From positions 4,986 to 68,985 of the forward strand of contig CAYLPX010000004.1 of the NCBI GenBank assembly GCA_964385825.1: a DNA stretch of 64,000 nucleotides. The letters run 5' to 3'. The position numbers were made by a program, and so were the translations under genes. The notes under the pieces were generated by a model. That model did no database searches. It saw only the letters and a program-made list of their open reading frames with translations, and had not been told where the DNA came from. The DNA is from an uncultured Candidatus Saccharibacteria bacterium. GTDB lineage: Bacteria; Patescibacteriota; Minisyncoccia; Phycocordibacterales; JAKFXT01. Below, piece after piece: positions 54,014-63,436 of this stretch. The first letter of the stretch is position 1, and each line of letters starts with the position of its first letter.

Positions 54014-55585
54014 TTATGGGAATGGGTGTGGTAGCTTATTTATTAAATTTTCACACCCTGATGCGTCCTGACCCAACTCTTCCCACAGTCGTGGATGAGT
54101 TAACGGAGCATGTACTTCCTTTAAATACAGAGGGATGAGCGTAGGGATTATAACCCTAACAACATGATACCCCAACGCATCCAAAATTTTATTTTTTACT
54201 TCATATACATATATATCACTCTCACGATTCTGAGATCTCAGAATATATAAAACATGCTCTAACTCGCTCTTTGAATCCCCAAAAGACCTTTCTTCACCTA
54301 CTAGATCGACCTCTTTTCCTGAGATAAAAAAATTAATGTTTGAAGAAAAAGTTCCAGGCTCAGCCCAAAGTCTTTGTCTATTTAAATGATCAACTGAAAT
54401 GTCAAAAAATGGTTTGTAGTCCTGGGGTAGTTGAAACTTATTTTTGAAACCAACAGTTCGGTACCATTTTCTAACAGAAAGTGCTTCTACAACTGCCTTA
54501 TGAATCGCCTCCTGCTTATTCCAGCCACATCCTCCACCCATTGCAACTGCGACTCCATTAAGCGAAGTATCTAAAATTACAACAATAAAAGAGGGTACTT
54601 GCAGGTTAGTTGTCACATCCATAATCTCTACTTGAAGGCCGTAGCGTTTGCAATTTTCCAAAATCCTTTTCAAATTTTGGGCCGTTAGTGATTTGTGACT
54701 TATCCTAGGTGGAGTCTTAGTTTGCATCCAATACCAAAGAAATGAATCCCGCTGTATAACCTCATAAGCACCACTTAAAACTGCTTCCTCATAAGTAAAA
54801 TGCCCACTTGCTCCGTTTGTATTTGACTCTCGTATGAGCGGCTCCATACCCTCTCTTTTATAAGTCCAGAAAACTAATTGAGCAGGAATTAAAATCTTCT
54901 TCTTTGTCGCCAGAGAGTATCCTTCCACCCAACCAAAAGGACTATGTTCGTCGGAGACAAAATGTTTAAATTCTTTTTTCTGTATGTCAGAAAAGTTGTT
55001 AAGTATTTTGGGATTTAAAACATTTTTACCCTGCAGATTTAATTCCTTAAATGATCCATGTATTAATTTATTTCTTTTATATACTAGTAAAAAATACCTC
55101 TCCAAAAACTCACCTAATGCCTTTGATACTGAAATATCTGGATCATCAAAATGAGAGGAACATAAAACAGGTAAGTCCTTAGCGTACCCATCAGTAACTA
55201 CCTTTAATTGGAAAAGATTAAAGCCATAAAGTCTTGGCTCATCATTTAAATTTTCTCGACAAAAAAAGTGTGGGTCGCTAATTAACTGATTACTATGGAG
55301 ATAATTTAATACGGGCTGCCAATAGTAAAGGTTAGGGTAATGCGGATTATACGCAAATGAATACATGTTTCCTAATCTAAAAAAACTTAAGAAATACTCT
55401 TTAAATATCTTTACCATTTTTTCAGAAAAAGTAAGTGGTTGTTTAAACCTTCCTCGTCGTCCATTAAGTGACTCATTGAGTAGATGATCCGCCCTAAAAA
55501 AACCAATTTCATTGGTTAAAAAAAACATTTGACCATTTCTATCTTCTTTTTTTAATTCTGAACTCATATCTTTACCCAACAACAA
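54014..55585 (-). CDS. ycaO: YcaO-domain protein (ATP-dependent cyclodehydratase/amide-activating enzyme) with a ~160-aa N-terminal extension
   Basis: SKALGEFLERYF (ATP-binding E-x-x-E-R) and ESNTNGASGHFTYEEAVLSGAYEVIQRDSF, matching the conserved YcaO core. Confidence 0.75.
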   Translation of the reverse strand: MLLGKDMSSELKKEDRNGQMFFLTNEIGFFRADHLLNESLNGRRGRFKQPLTFSEKMVKIFKEYFLSFFRLGNMYSFAYNPHYPNLYYWQPVLNYLHSNQLISDPHFFCRENLNDEPRLYGFNLFQLKVVTDGYAKDLPVLCSSHFDDPDISVSKALGEFLERYFLLVYKRNKLIHGSFKELNLQGKNVLNPKILNNFSDIQKKEFKHFVSDEHSPFGWVEGYSLATKKKILIPAQLVFWTYKREGMEPLIRESNTNGASGHFTYEEAVLSGAYEVIQRDSFLWYWMQTKTPPRISHKSLTAQNLKRILENCKRYGLQVEIMDVTTNLQVPSFIVVILDTSLNGVAVAMGGGCGWNKQEAIHKAVVEALSVRKWYRTVGFKNKFQLPQDYKPFFDISVDHLNRQRLWAEPGTFSSNINFFISGKEVDLVGEERSFGDSKSELEHVLYILRSQNRESDIYVYEVKNKILDALGYHVVRVIIPTLIPLYLKEVHAPLTHPRLWEELGQDASGCENLINKLPHPFP

Positions 55586-56309
55586 GTGTATAGACTAAAG
55601 ACTCGCCAACACCGTCTATATCAAGTATTTCATCTTCTACCATGACATCCTCAGTTGCTGCCAGAGCGCAGCAGTTGAGCCCCAGTGCCTTTGAATTTAA
55701 ATAAAAACCCTGGCCGACATGCCCCGCCTCAATCAACACCATACGGTAGCCTCGTTCGCCATATTTTAATTGATTTCGTTCAAAAGTTGCTGTGATAAAA
55801 AAAATTAAGGAACCTCTTTCAATCCAAGAAACTCCTAAATATTTTGAAATTTCCGCCTTCTCAAAATCCCGCTCCCATAGAACTGTTGCTCTATGATTTT
55901 CTACATCATAATGATAAAGTCCTGGTGCTATATCGGTATCAATAGTCTCCGTTACTAAAAAATAGACTTCTAGAGGATAACGTGCCCCCCCAGAAGGGTA
56001 TGCTCGGTGATTCATCCCATTTACAAATGAAGTAATACCTGCACTATACTCCAAAAGGATGGAAAGTTGGTTTAATGTTATTTTTTTGCCATTAATTATC
56101 CTACTTGTAACCCTCTCTCTTATTGCATCAAACATATTAAAGGCGGGGTTTATTTTTAACAAATTTACCTGTCTAAACCTTGGATACTTTTTATAATAGA
56201 CAGTTCTCCATTCTTCAGGCCAATCCCGAAAATCTACGCTAATAGGGGGGTGTCCCCTACCCTTATCTTTTGAAATCTTGTGGAAAAAAGTAGAAAAAAG
56301 TTGATTCAT
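55572..56309 (-). CDS. SagB/ThcOx-type FMN-dependent dehydrogenase (nitroreductase superfamily)
   Basis: RAYPSGGARYPLEVY signature. 14-nt overlap with ycaO. Confidence 0.7.
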   Translation of the reverse strand: MNQLFSTFFHKISKDKGRGHPPISVDFRDWPEEWRTVYYKKYPRFRQVNLLKINPAFNMFDAIRERVTSRIINGKKITLNQLSILLEYSAGITSFVNGMNHRAYPSGGARYPLEVYFLVTETIDTDIAPGLYHYDVENHRATVLWERDFEKAEISKYLGVSWIERGSLIFFITATFERNQLKYGERGYRMVLIEAGHVGQGFYLNSKALGLNCCALAATEDVMVEDEILDIDGVGESLVYTLVVG

Positions 56310-56338
56310 TTTTAGTACAACATCTAATCAAAGGTTGG

Positions 56339-57124
56339 TTACCAAGTTGGATTAACATGAAACCACTGGACTATAGTTACTCTTGGTTTTTTATTACCCT
56401 GGAAAGCATGGAATGACTTAGGGCTAATGTGGAAACCAAAAAGTCTATTCTGTTTTGGATCTACAACTTCACATGGCTCAGAATTTTTTGAAAGGTATAT
56501 ACCTGTCCCTCCTCCATCCCCTTCCTGCCAATCATCACCAAAAAGATACATAATAATGGCAATAACCCTCCGAGCACCAAAACTTGCGCCCATCTGATTA
56601 TTTTCTTCTTTTGTGCGAGTGACTATAGGAACTACAGAATTTGGGAGGCTGTCGCCCTTAAAAAAATACTTTACGGCATAATCATGATGCACAAATCCGG
56701 TTCTGTCTCCCGATGGGTGATAGTGTATTGCCAAATCAGTAGCAAAACCAGTTGATTGATTAAAAATCTTTGAAATAAATTGATTCCAAGTAACTGAAAA
56801 GAAGAAATTCAAAACTTGATGTTCATCAGCCCTCGGGACATACAGATAACCATCATATGCAAATTCTCCAGTAAGACTAAAGGGGTGTAGTCGTGAAAGA
56901 TCTGCCTGTTCACCAAAACCACGGTCAATAACAGATTTCACATATGCCTCTATATCGCTATAAAAACTGGGGGTAAAAAAATTATCAACTACTATATGGG
57001 GAAACGGTTCTTGGTTAGGGACTACTATTTGTGGAGTAACATACTCCTCAAGGCGGATACTCTCTTTAAGTTCTGTGCTTTTTTTCTCAAGATTATTTTT
57101 GATTTTATCTAGAAAGGTAATCAT
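56339..57124 (-). CDS. putative 2OG-Fe(II) oxygenase-like tailoring enzyme (paralog A)
   Basis: PFPHIVVDNFF N-terminal motif and His/Asp clusters (HYHPSGD...HHD). Paralog of 58407..59276. Confidence 0.45.
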   Translation of the reverse strand: MITFLDKIKNNLEKKSTELKESIRLEEYVTPQIVVPNQEPFPHIVVDNFFTPSFYSDIEAYVKSVIDRGFGEQADLSRLHPFSLTGEFAYDGYLYVPRADEHQVLNFFFSVTWNQFISKIFNQSTGFATDLAIHYHPSGDRTGFVHHDYAVKYFFKGDSLPNSVVPIVTRTKEENNQMGASFGARRVIAIIMYLFGDDWQEGDGGGTGIYLSKNSEPCEVVDPKQNRLFGFHISPKSFHAFQGNKKPRVTIVQWFHVNPTW

Positions 57125-57168
57125 GTTGCTATAGTACCAAGACCAATACCATTCGCAAGTTTTGAAAC

Positions 57169-57873
57169 TCAGTAGCTTTTCTCTATTGAAAAATTAGAGT
57201 CACTTTCATCAACCATACTCCAAAAAGTGTCAACGGTTTTTTGTGCTGTTTTTTCATCCCTAATAGAACCAGGGGCCAGCACCTTGGTGGGAATTTTATA
57301 CGTATCAAAAAAGAAGTCGTGTGCATATGCGGCTAGGATATGAAGTGCAGCCTTAGCGGCACTATAACTAGCCAACTCTTTTCGTGCTGTTTTTCCAGTA
57401 CCAGCGCCACTACCAATAAATATAATCTTTTTATTATTTTTGGCATTCTCCTCACTATTATTGAAGAAAATTGGAGCGCACTGTTTTGAGAATTCGATGG
57501 GTACATATACATCAAGCAGCATTTCATACAAAAAAGATTCTTTCTTTAGATCTTGAATAGAGGCAAAACCGTTGTAATATGCTCCCAGCACCAAAACATC
57601 CACCCGACCTAAAACCTTACCCAAATAACTTACAGTTTTCCCAAGATCTTTACCTATATCGAAAAAAATATTAACTACACCCTCCCCGAGCAAGGGGGTG
57701 CGCCTTGAAATATTTACCAAAAGTACATCATTGGGTTTATGCTTTAAAAAAAGCCTGCCTAAAGCTCCACCAGCCCCGGTCATAAGAACAACCTTCCTGT
57801 ATCCATCAATATCAATTGATTTCAGGGGATTCTTTGTTGAAAAAGATGGCCATTTCATGCTTTTACTATACAC
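57169..57873 (-). CDS. short-chain dehydrogenase/reductase (SDR)
   Basis: TGAGGALG Rossmann motif. YSAAKAAL catalytic YxxxK. Confidence 0.7.
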   Translation of the reverse strand: MYSKSMKWPSFSTKNPLKSIDIDGYRKVVLMTGAGGALGRLFLKHKPNDVLLVNISRRTPLLGEGVVNIFFDIGKDLGKTVSYLGKVLGRVDVLVLGAYYNGFASIQDLKKESFLYEMLLDVYVPIEFSKQCAPIFFNNSEENAKNNKKIIFIGSGAGTGKTARKELASYSAAKAALHILAAYAHDFFFDTYKIPTKVLAPGSIRDEKTAQKTVDTFWSMVDESDSNFSIEKSY

Positions 57874-57920
57874 CTTTCACCCTCTCGCAAGTAATAAAAA
57901 TGATGTTATACTAATTTCAT

Positions 57921-58403
57921 ATGGAAAATACTATTGTACAAAACACCCCAAAAAAGTGGTTAATTATAGGCAAAAAAATAGCTCCTTTTTTCTTTACAGC
58001 GCTTATCACAGCTTTGGTAATTTATCTTACCCCGCTTAAACACATAGCGCTCATAGAACCAACTATCAGAGACATTGATGCGCAAAAAATCTACACCGAA
58101 ATGACGGCTAATCCCGACAAATATATTTTTATTGACGTCCGACCTGTTGCAGCTTATACCAAACTCCACGCACAAGGTGCCATGAATATTGAGCTATACA
58201 AAATGTATTATGAAAGAAAGAATCTTCCTAAGCATGGCAAAAAGATAGTACTTATCTGTAGTGGAGGCGTTGCTTCTGGCGTAGCGTTTAGTTATCTAGA
58301 ACACTATGGTTTTTTTAATATTTACCGAGTTGAGGGAGGAATAGAAAATTGGGTTAAAGCAGGACTACCTGTTGTAAGTGCTGCACAAAATCAGAGTTCA
58401 TAG
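57921..58403 (+). CDS. membrane-anchored rhodanese-domain sulfurtransferase
   Basis: FIDVRP...IVLICSGGVASG, with the active-site Cys in a CSGG loop. 160 aa. Confidence 0.65.
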   Translation: MENTIVQNTPKKWLIIGKKIAPFFFTALITALVIYLTPLKHIALIEPTIRDIDAQKIYTEMTANPDKYIFIDVRPVAAYTKLHAQGAMNIELYKMYYERKNLPKHGKKIVLICSGGVASGVAFSYLEHYGFFNIYRVEGGIENWVKAGLPVVSAAQNQSS

Positions 58404-58406
58404 CCC

Positions 58407-59276
58407 CTACCGATCGTTAAAAGTATATCCAATATTTTTTGAAGGGTCTCCGTAGAACCACTGTGTTACAGTTGAGCGTGGGGTGTTGTTTTCTTCAACA
58501 GCATGATACCCCCCTAAAGATACTTCGAAAGCAAGGATTCTATTTCGTAGCGGCTCTATCTTCTTAATAGGAGTTGATTTTTGCATTTTATCATAAAGTT
58601 CTTCTCCATTCCCTCGCGCCACCTCTTTGGTAGGACTAGAAATTATTTTTTTTATATCGCCAATTGGTGCCTTGTATAACAAAGTTCTTCCAGCATCTTC
58701 TTCTTTCCAATCATCATTAAAAATGTACATTACCAGAGCGATAATTCTAACCCCTCCCACTAATGAAATATCTTGGTTGTTAGTCTCAAGCAACTTTTTC
58801 TTTTTATAAATAACACCATTTGATAGACGGCTGCTCTCTAAAAAAGAGTCGTGAATAAAATCTGTATGAGCATGACTAGTTTTATCTCCCACCTTATGAT
58901 GATGAAGTGCAAATAAGGTCAGTAAATTTGTTTGTTTTTTAAAAATTTCGGCAAAATAATTATTCCACCCAACCGAATAAAAAAGGTCTAAAATTGAATT
59001 TTCACTAGGAGCCGGTGAATAGCCTTCTACGGTAAACTTCCCCTTGAAGCCTTCTAGGTTTGTAAATGAACCATTCTCATATTTCTGTTTATGGAATTTC
59101 TCTAATTGTGCTAGAAAATCCTCCTTAAAAAAATTGTCCACGACTATGTGCGGAAATGGCTCGTTAATTACCTCAATTGGCTGCTTGTTGATATATTCAA
59201 ATATATCGAAATCCTCAGCAAGAAGAGCTGCTTTCCTTTGCAACTTATATTTGAGTTCTGAAAAATCAGGAAACAT
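58407..59276 (-). CDS. putative 2OG-Fe(II) oxygenase-like tailoring enzyme (paralog B)
   Basis: EPFPHIVVDNFF, HHHKVGD...HTD. Aligns with 56339..57124. Confidence 0.45.
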   Translation of the reverse strand: MFPDFSELKYKLQRKAALLAEDFDIFEYINKQPIEVINEPFPHIVVDNFFKEDFLAQLEKFHKQKYENGSFTNLEGFKGKFTVEGYSPAPSENSILDLFYSVGWNNYFAEIFKKQTNLLTLFALHHHKVGDKTSHAHTDFIHDSFLESSRLSNGVIYKKKKLLETNNQDISLVGGVRIIALVMYIFNDDWKEEDAGRTLLYKAPIGDIKKIISSPTKEVARGNGEELYDKMQKSTPIKKIEPLRNRILAFEVSLGGYHAVEENNTPRSTVTQWFYGDPSKNIGYTFNDR

Positions 59277-59319
59277 GTCTCCAGTATATCAAACTCCAAC
59301 CGCCTTTAACTAAGACGGG

Positions 59320-60012
59320 TTAGACAACTATTTCTCCATCAGAAAGGCGGACAATACGATCGGCGAGGTGTCCGTATTCTTCTTCGTGGGTCACCATAAT
59401 AATGGTCTGGCCGTTTTTATTTAAATCAAGAAGAAGATCAAGTACAAGTTTGCCAGAATAAGTATCCAAGTTAGCTGTTGGCTCATCAGCAAAAATTATT
59501 TCGGGGGCATGTGCTACAGCGCGGGCTACCGCTGCACGCTGCTGCTCACCTCCTGAAAGGCCCGAGGGTAAATTATTCTGACGTGACTCAAGTCCAATAC
59601 GGGAAAGTGCTTGGAGGGCCTTCATACGCGCTACAGGAGTCTTATAACCCTGCATGAGTAGTGGAACCATGATGTTTTCAATGGCAGTCAATTCTGGGAT
59701 AAGCGCATAGTCCTGAAACACGTATCCAAGCTTATTGAGACGGAATGTTGTTTTCTCCTCTTCGGTAAGTGCACTTACTTCATGTTCTTCTATTTTAATA
59801 ACCCCTGAAGTAGGTTTATCGAGCAAACTCATCTGGTAGAGAAAGGTACTTTTTCCAGCCCCCGAGCGTCCCATGATGGCCACAAACTCTCCGCGATAGC
59901 AGGTGAAATTAAGTCCGCGTAGTACTCGTGTCTCTACCCCGCCCTTATCAGTATAGGTTTTAGTGAGCCCTGAAACTTCAATTATTTTTTTTGTTGTTGG
60001 AGTTGGAATCAT
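59320..60012 (-). CDS. ABC transporter ATP-binding protein (MacB/LolD-type)
   Basis: Walker [10 protein letters not shown], signature [14 protein letters not shown], Walker B IIFADEP. Confidence 0.9.
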   Translation of the reverse strand: MIPTPTTKKIIEVSGLTKTYTDKGGVETRVLRGLNFTCYRGEFVAIMGRSGAGKSTFLYQMSLLDKPTSGVIKIEEHEVSALTEEEKTTFRLNKLGYVFQDYALIPELTAIENIMVPLLMQGYKTPVARMKALQALSRIGLESRQNNLPSGLSGGEQQRAAVARAVAHAPEIIFADEPTANLDTYSGKLVLDLLLDLNKNGQTIIMVTHEEEYGHLADRIVRLSDGEIVV

Positions 60013-60018
60013 ATATGT

Positions 60019-61281
60019 TTATCGGCCCAAAATGGCATTAAGGGTGTTACGGCGAACAATGAGTTTAGCGGGAATATATCCAGCGATAACCGTAGTCACC
60101 ACAAGAATTGCCACCCTGATCAAAGTCTCATCAAGTGGGGCGACCAAAATACCATCACTAAATGGGAAGTTGATAGGGTGCGCATCAAGTGCTGGTTTTA
60201 TAAGCCCATACACCACCACAAGTCCAAGCCCCGATCCTACCACTGCGTAAAAAATAGACTGAAGCACATAAGATATTTCAATAGCAGCTTCACTAATACC
60301 AATACCCTTGAGGATTCCAATATACCGTCTTCGAGTAATGGCGTTAATGAAAATCACAATAAAGAGCGTAACAGCTGCCACCACAAGACCAATACTGGAA
60401 ATCGCATTACCAAGGAGGGCGAATGTATTCTTAATATCTATCAGAAACTTCGGCTGAGCCTCTATCCACGTCTTAATATCTGCCCCTTTTGCAAAATCAT
60501 TATTAATAAGTACACCCTTTACATAATCAGCCTTATTAATATCGTTGAGGAATACCGCGATCTCAGACCCATCGAAATTATGTGCATTGGAAAGTGCACG
60601 AAGTTCGTGGTCGGTCATGAAGATTTTGAAAGCAATATCATCAACCTTAGCCTTCAGAATACCTTTCACGGTATATTCTTTAGTCACATTCCCAACTGTG
60701 AGCCTAACCTTACTTCCAATACTCACTTTTTTTAGCAGTGTAAAAACTTGATCAGGTACCACGCTATACTGCTCCAAAAAGTTATATCCAATAATAATTT
60801 GATCGCTATCCTTAGGATCTAAGTACTCCCCTTCAATGATGTGTGATGAGAGATTAGTTGCCTCATCTTCCGCCACAGGATCAATACCTGCTATATTTGC
60901 CCCGAGTCTATTAGGCGCCTCATCAAAATGTCGCTCACGATAGTTAGCTTCAACAGTTCCGCCTGAAATTAAGCGAACTGAATAATGCTTAACTTCGGGC
61001 AAACTCTGTAGTACCGCTGAGATCTCACTTGTATGTTCTATAGTTTCTTTGTTCTTAAGATTCTTCACATACACATGCCCTGAGTACTGTTCACGGTAGG
61101 CTGATACTGATCCTTCGATTAGCCCCACAAGCACCCCCGAAACCACTACCAAGTTAAGGAAGGTCAATGTCATTACGAAAATAATAAGTAATGTAGTCCA
61201 AAGACTCGCACGACGTATCTGTCGAAGCGCTAAGAAAAATCCTACCTTAAATATTACCCCTCTATTTTTTAGTGTCTGCAT
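60019..61281 (-). CDS. ABC transporter permease (FtsX/MacB-like, 4 TM with a large periplasmic loop)
   Basis: 420 aa. N-terminal TM, ~220-aa periplasmic domain, 3 C-terminal TMs. Confidence 0.8.
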   Translation of the reverse strand: MQTLKNRGVIFKVGFFLALRQIRRASLWTTLLIIFVMTLTFLNLVVVSGVLVGLIEGSVSAYREQYSGHVYVKNLKNKETIEHTSEISAVLQSLPEVKHYSVRLISGGTVEANYRERHFDEAPNRLGANIAGIDPVAEDEATNLSSHIIEGEYLDPKDSDQIIIGYNFLEQYSVVPDQVFTLLKKVSIGSKVRLTVGNVTKEYTVKGILKAKVDDIAFKIFMTDHELRALSNAHNFDGSEIAVFLNDINKADYVKGVLINNDFAKGADIKTWIEAQPKFLIDIKNTFALLGNAISSIGLVVAAVTLFIVIFINAITRRRYIGILKGIGISEAAIEISYVLQSIFYAVVGSGLGLVVVYGLIKPALDAHPINFPFSDGILVAPLDETLIRVAILVVTTVIAGYIPAKLIVRRNTLNAILGR

Positions 61282-62812
61282 TTTGTATCACAACTACTTG
61301 CCCTGCAACAAGCCCACTTAGTACCTCAACCTCCCCCTTATCACCATGCGCACCAATAGTAATTAAGACTTCCTTAGTTTGATCGCCCTCTTTCACATCC
61401 ACATATTTCTTACCATCGCGGCTCGTAAGCGCATTCGCTGGTACGGTGAGTACGCCTTCCTTAATAGCAGTTGTGATATACACATTAGCGGTGAGACCAC
61501 TCTTAATACGTGCGTCATCACTCTGTATAGCTAAAGTCACTTTATAAGTCGGCACATTATCAACCAATGTTTCAGCTGGATCCACAAGCGCTACCTCAGC
61601 AGGGAAAAGTGTCTCTGTTCCGAGTGCATCAAAAGAAATACTAGCCTTGTCCCCCTTCTTAATACCAGTACTATCAAGCTCCGGAACCTGCACTTCAATC
61701 TTGTAACTATTTTTTGAATTCACCGTAATAAGTGCTGTATTGGCATACGCAATCTCGCCACTCTTCGCATCCATCTTGGTCACTACTCCATTAAGTGGAG
61801 AGATAATCTGGTTAGTCCGAACTGTAGCTTCTGCATCTCGAACACGAGCTTCTTGTGCTGCGATCTCTTCTGGGTCAGATCCTGCTTTTATAAGCGCGAG
61901 GGCTGATTCACTCTTTTTAACCGCCACCTTAGCGCTCGCAATAGCATTTATCTTATCTGAGAGTGTGGCTAGAACTGTAGCAACACTATTGTTAGCTGTA
62001 CTTGCATTTGTTCTGTAGGTATCAAAGTTACTGTCCCCAAGCATACAATTCTCGTTGAGTAGCGCGGTGATATTCTTAAGCAAATCGCGAAATACAAGCA
62101 TCTGTAAACGTGCGTCACTCAACGCTGTCTCTCTATCTTGATCAGTAGTTGCGCTTGCTGCTGCACTAACTGAAGCACGGAGTGCAACTAGCGCATCTTC
62201 GCTTTTAGCGCGAAGCGTAAGTATGGTGTTAGTAAGATCATTATCACAGGTAGTAAAGTTAAGCTTGTAGCCACTTTTCATAGTCCCGTTGAACATACCT
62301 GAAAGCTTAACTCGCACCGCATCTTCTGATTTTGCAAGTGCATCATTAACCACATCAAACGATGTATTATACTCTGCAGTCAAAGCCTGCCTGGCTACAT
62401 CAACATCTGCTTGTTTTACACTGACTTCCTCGGGACGACTACCGCGCTTCAACTGATCTAGCTTAGATTGCTCTTCTTTAAGTTTTGCGAGCGCGGAAGA
62501 GAGGTCGAGGCTAGCGAGCGCAGTACCAACATATACCTGATCCCCCACGCTCACATACGCCCCCTGTATACGGCCAGTTTTTTCGAACGCAAGAGAAACT
62601 TCATCATAAGGCTTAACCCGACCAGTCACTGCTACCTGCTCACGAAGCTCTTGTGGAGCAACGGTAAAGTACTGATTGGTATCCCCCGTACTACTCTTAA
62701 ACCCAAAATAAAAAATGCCCAAAGCCACTACCACAATAAGTAATGTCTTCTTTTTATGCTCACGAACAAAAGCCAAAACCCCCGAACCGTATTCTTTAAT
62801 TTTTGTAAACAT
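61262..62812 (-). CDS. HlyD-family periplasmic adaptor (membrane fusion protein)
   Basis: N-terminal TM, long coiled-coil, C-terminal beta-barrel. 516 aa. Overlaps the permease gene. Confidence 0.75.
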   Translation of the reverse strand: MFTKIKEYGSGVLAFVREHKKKTLLIVVVALGIFYFGFKSSTGDTNQYFTVAPQELREQVAVTGRVKPYDEVSLAFEKTGRIQGAYVSVGDQVYVGTALASLDLSSALAKLKEEQSKLDQLKRGSRPEEVSVKQADVDVARQALTAEYNTSFDVVNDALAKSEDAVRVKLSGMFNGTMKSGYKLNFTTCDNDLTNTILTLRAKSEDALVALRASVSAAASATTDQDRETALSDARLQMLVFRDLLKNITALLNENCMLGDSNFDTYRTNASTANNSVATVLATLSDKINAIASAKVAVKKSESALALIKAGSDPEEIAAQEARVRDAEATVRTNQIISPLNGVVTKMDAKSGEIAYANTALITVNSKNSYKIEVQVPELDSTGIKKGDKASISFDALGTETLFPAEVALVDPAETLVDNVPTYKVTLAIQSDDARIKSGLTANVYITTAIKEGVLTVPANALTSRDGKKYVDVKEGDQTKEVLITIGAHGDKGEVEVLSGLVAGQVVVIQNADTKK

Positions 62813-62871
62813 AATGCTAGAAAAAAGTATTAGATACTATCTATCCTACTAAAAAATAATAAAATCCGCTA

Positions 62872-63423
62872 TCACTCGACTTTACCGCTCCCTATCCCAT
62901 ACCTTGTTAAGTACACTCCCTGTGCTACCACAAAGAAAACTAAGAGGCCCAGTATTCCAAAAACTTTGAAGTTAACCCACACTGCTGTCTCAAAGTGGTA
63001 CGCCACCACAATATTGAGTATCGAAACTATCAAAAAGAATCCAGCCCAAGCATAGTTCAATTTTCGCCACAGTATGTCAGGCAGTGCCAACTGCTCAGCC
63101 CCGGCTCCGGAGAGCATTTTAATAAAGTTCTTGTTATAAAACTTCTGCCCAACAAAAAGGATACTAGCAAAAAGTAAGTAGAGCACGGTGGGCTTCCACT
63201 TTATAAACCATTCATTATGAAGGAATAGCGTTGCAGCTCCTAAAACAACAATAATTCCCCCGTTTATATAAAGCGTAACTGGTACAGTGCGCTTCTGTAC
63301 TACGAAAAAACTTATCTGCAGTACTGAGAGCACCATAGCAACCCCCGTTGCAACGTAAATACCCCAAAACTTAAAAGCAATAAAAAAGGCAAATAGTGGT
63401 AAGAAATCAAAAAGTATTCCCAT
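62872..63423 (-). CDS. ispZ: intracellular septation protein A (YciB/IspZ family)
   Basis: 183 aa, 5 TM, LFDFLPLFAFFIAFK N-terminus. Confidence 0.65.
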   Translation of the reverse strand: MGILFDFLPLFAFFIAFKFWGIYVATGVAMVLSVLQISFFVVQKRTVPVTLYINGGIIVVLGAATLFLHNEWFIKWKPTVLYLLFASILFVGQKFYNKNFIKMLSGAGAEQLALPDILWRKLNYAWAGFFLIVSILNIVVAYHFETAVWVNFKVFGILGLLVFFVVAQGVYLTRYGIGSGKVE

Positions 63424-63436
63424 ACATGCACAATAA

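Noticed and set aside
54014-54500. N-terminal ~160 aa of the YcaO protein as a fused E1-like/ocin-ThiF partner domain
   Set aside because: No recognisable ThiF/E1 or RRE motifs by eye. Left as an uncharacterised extension.
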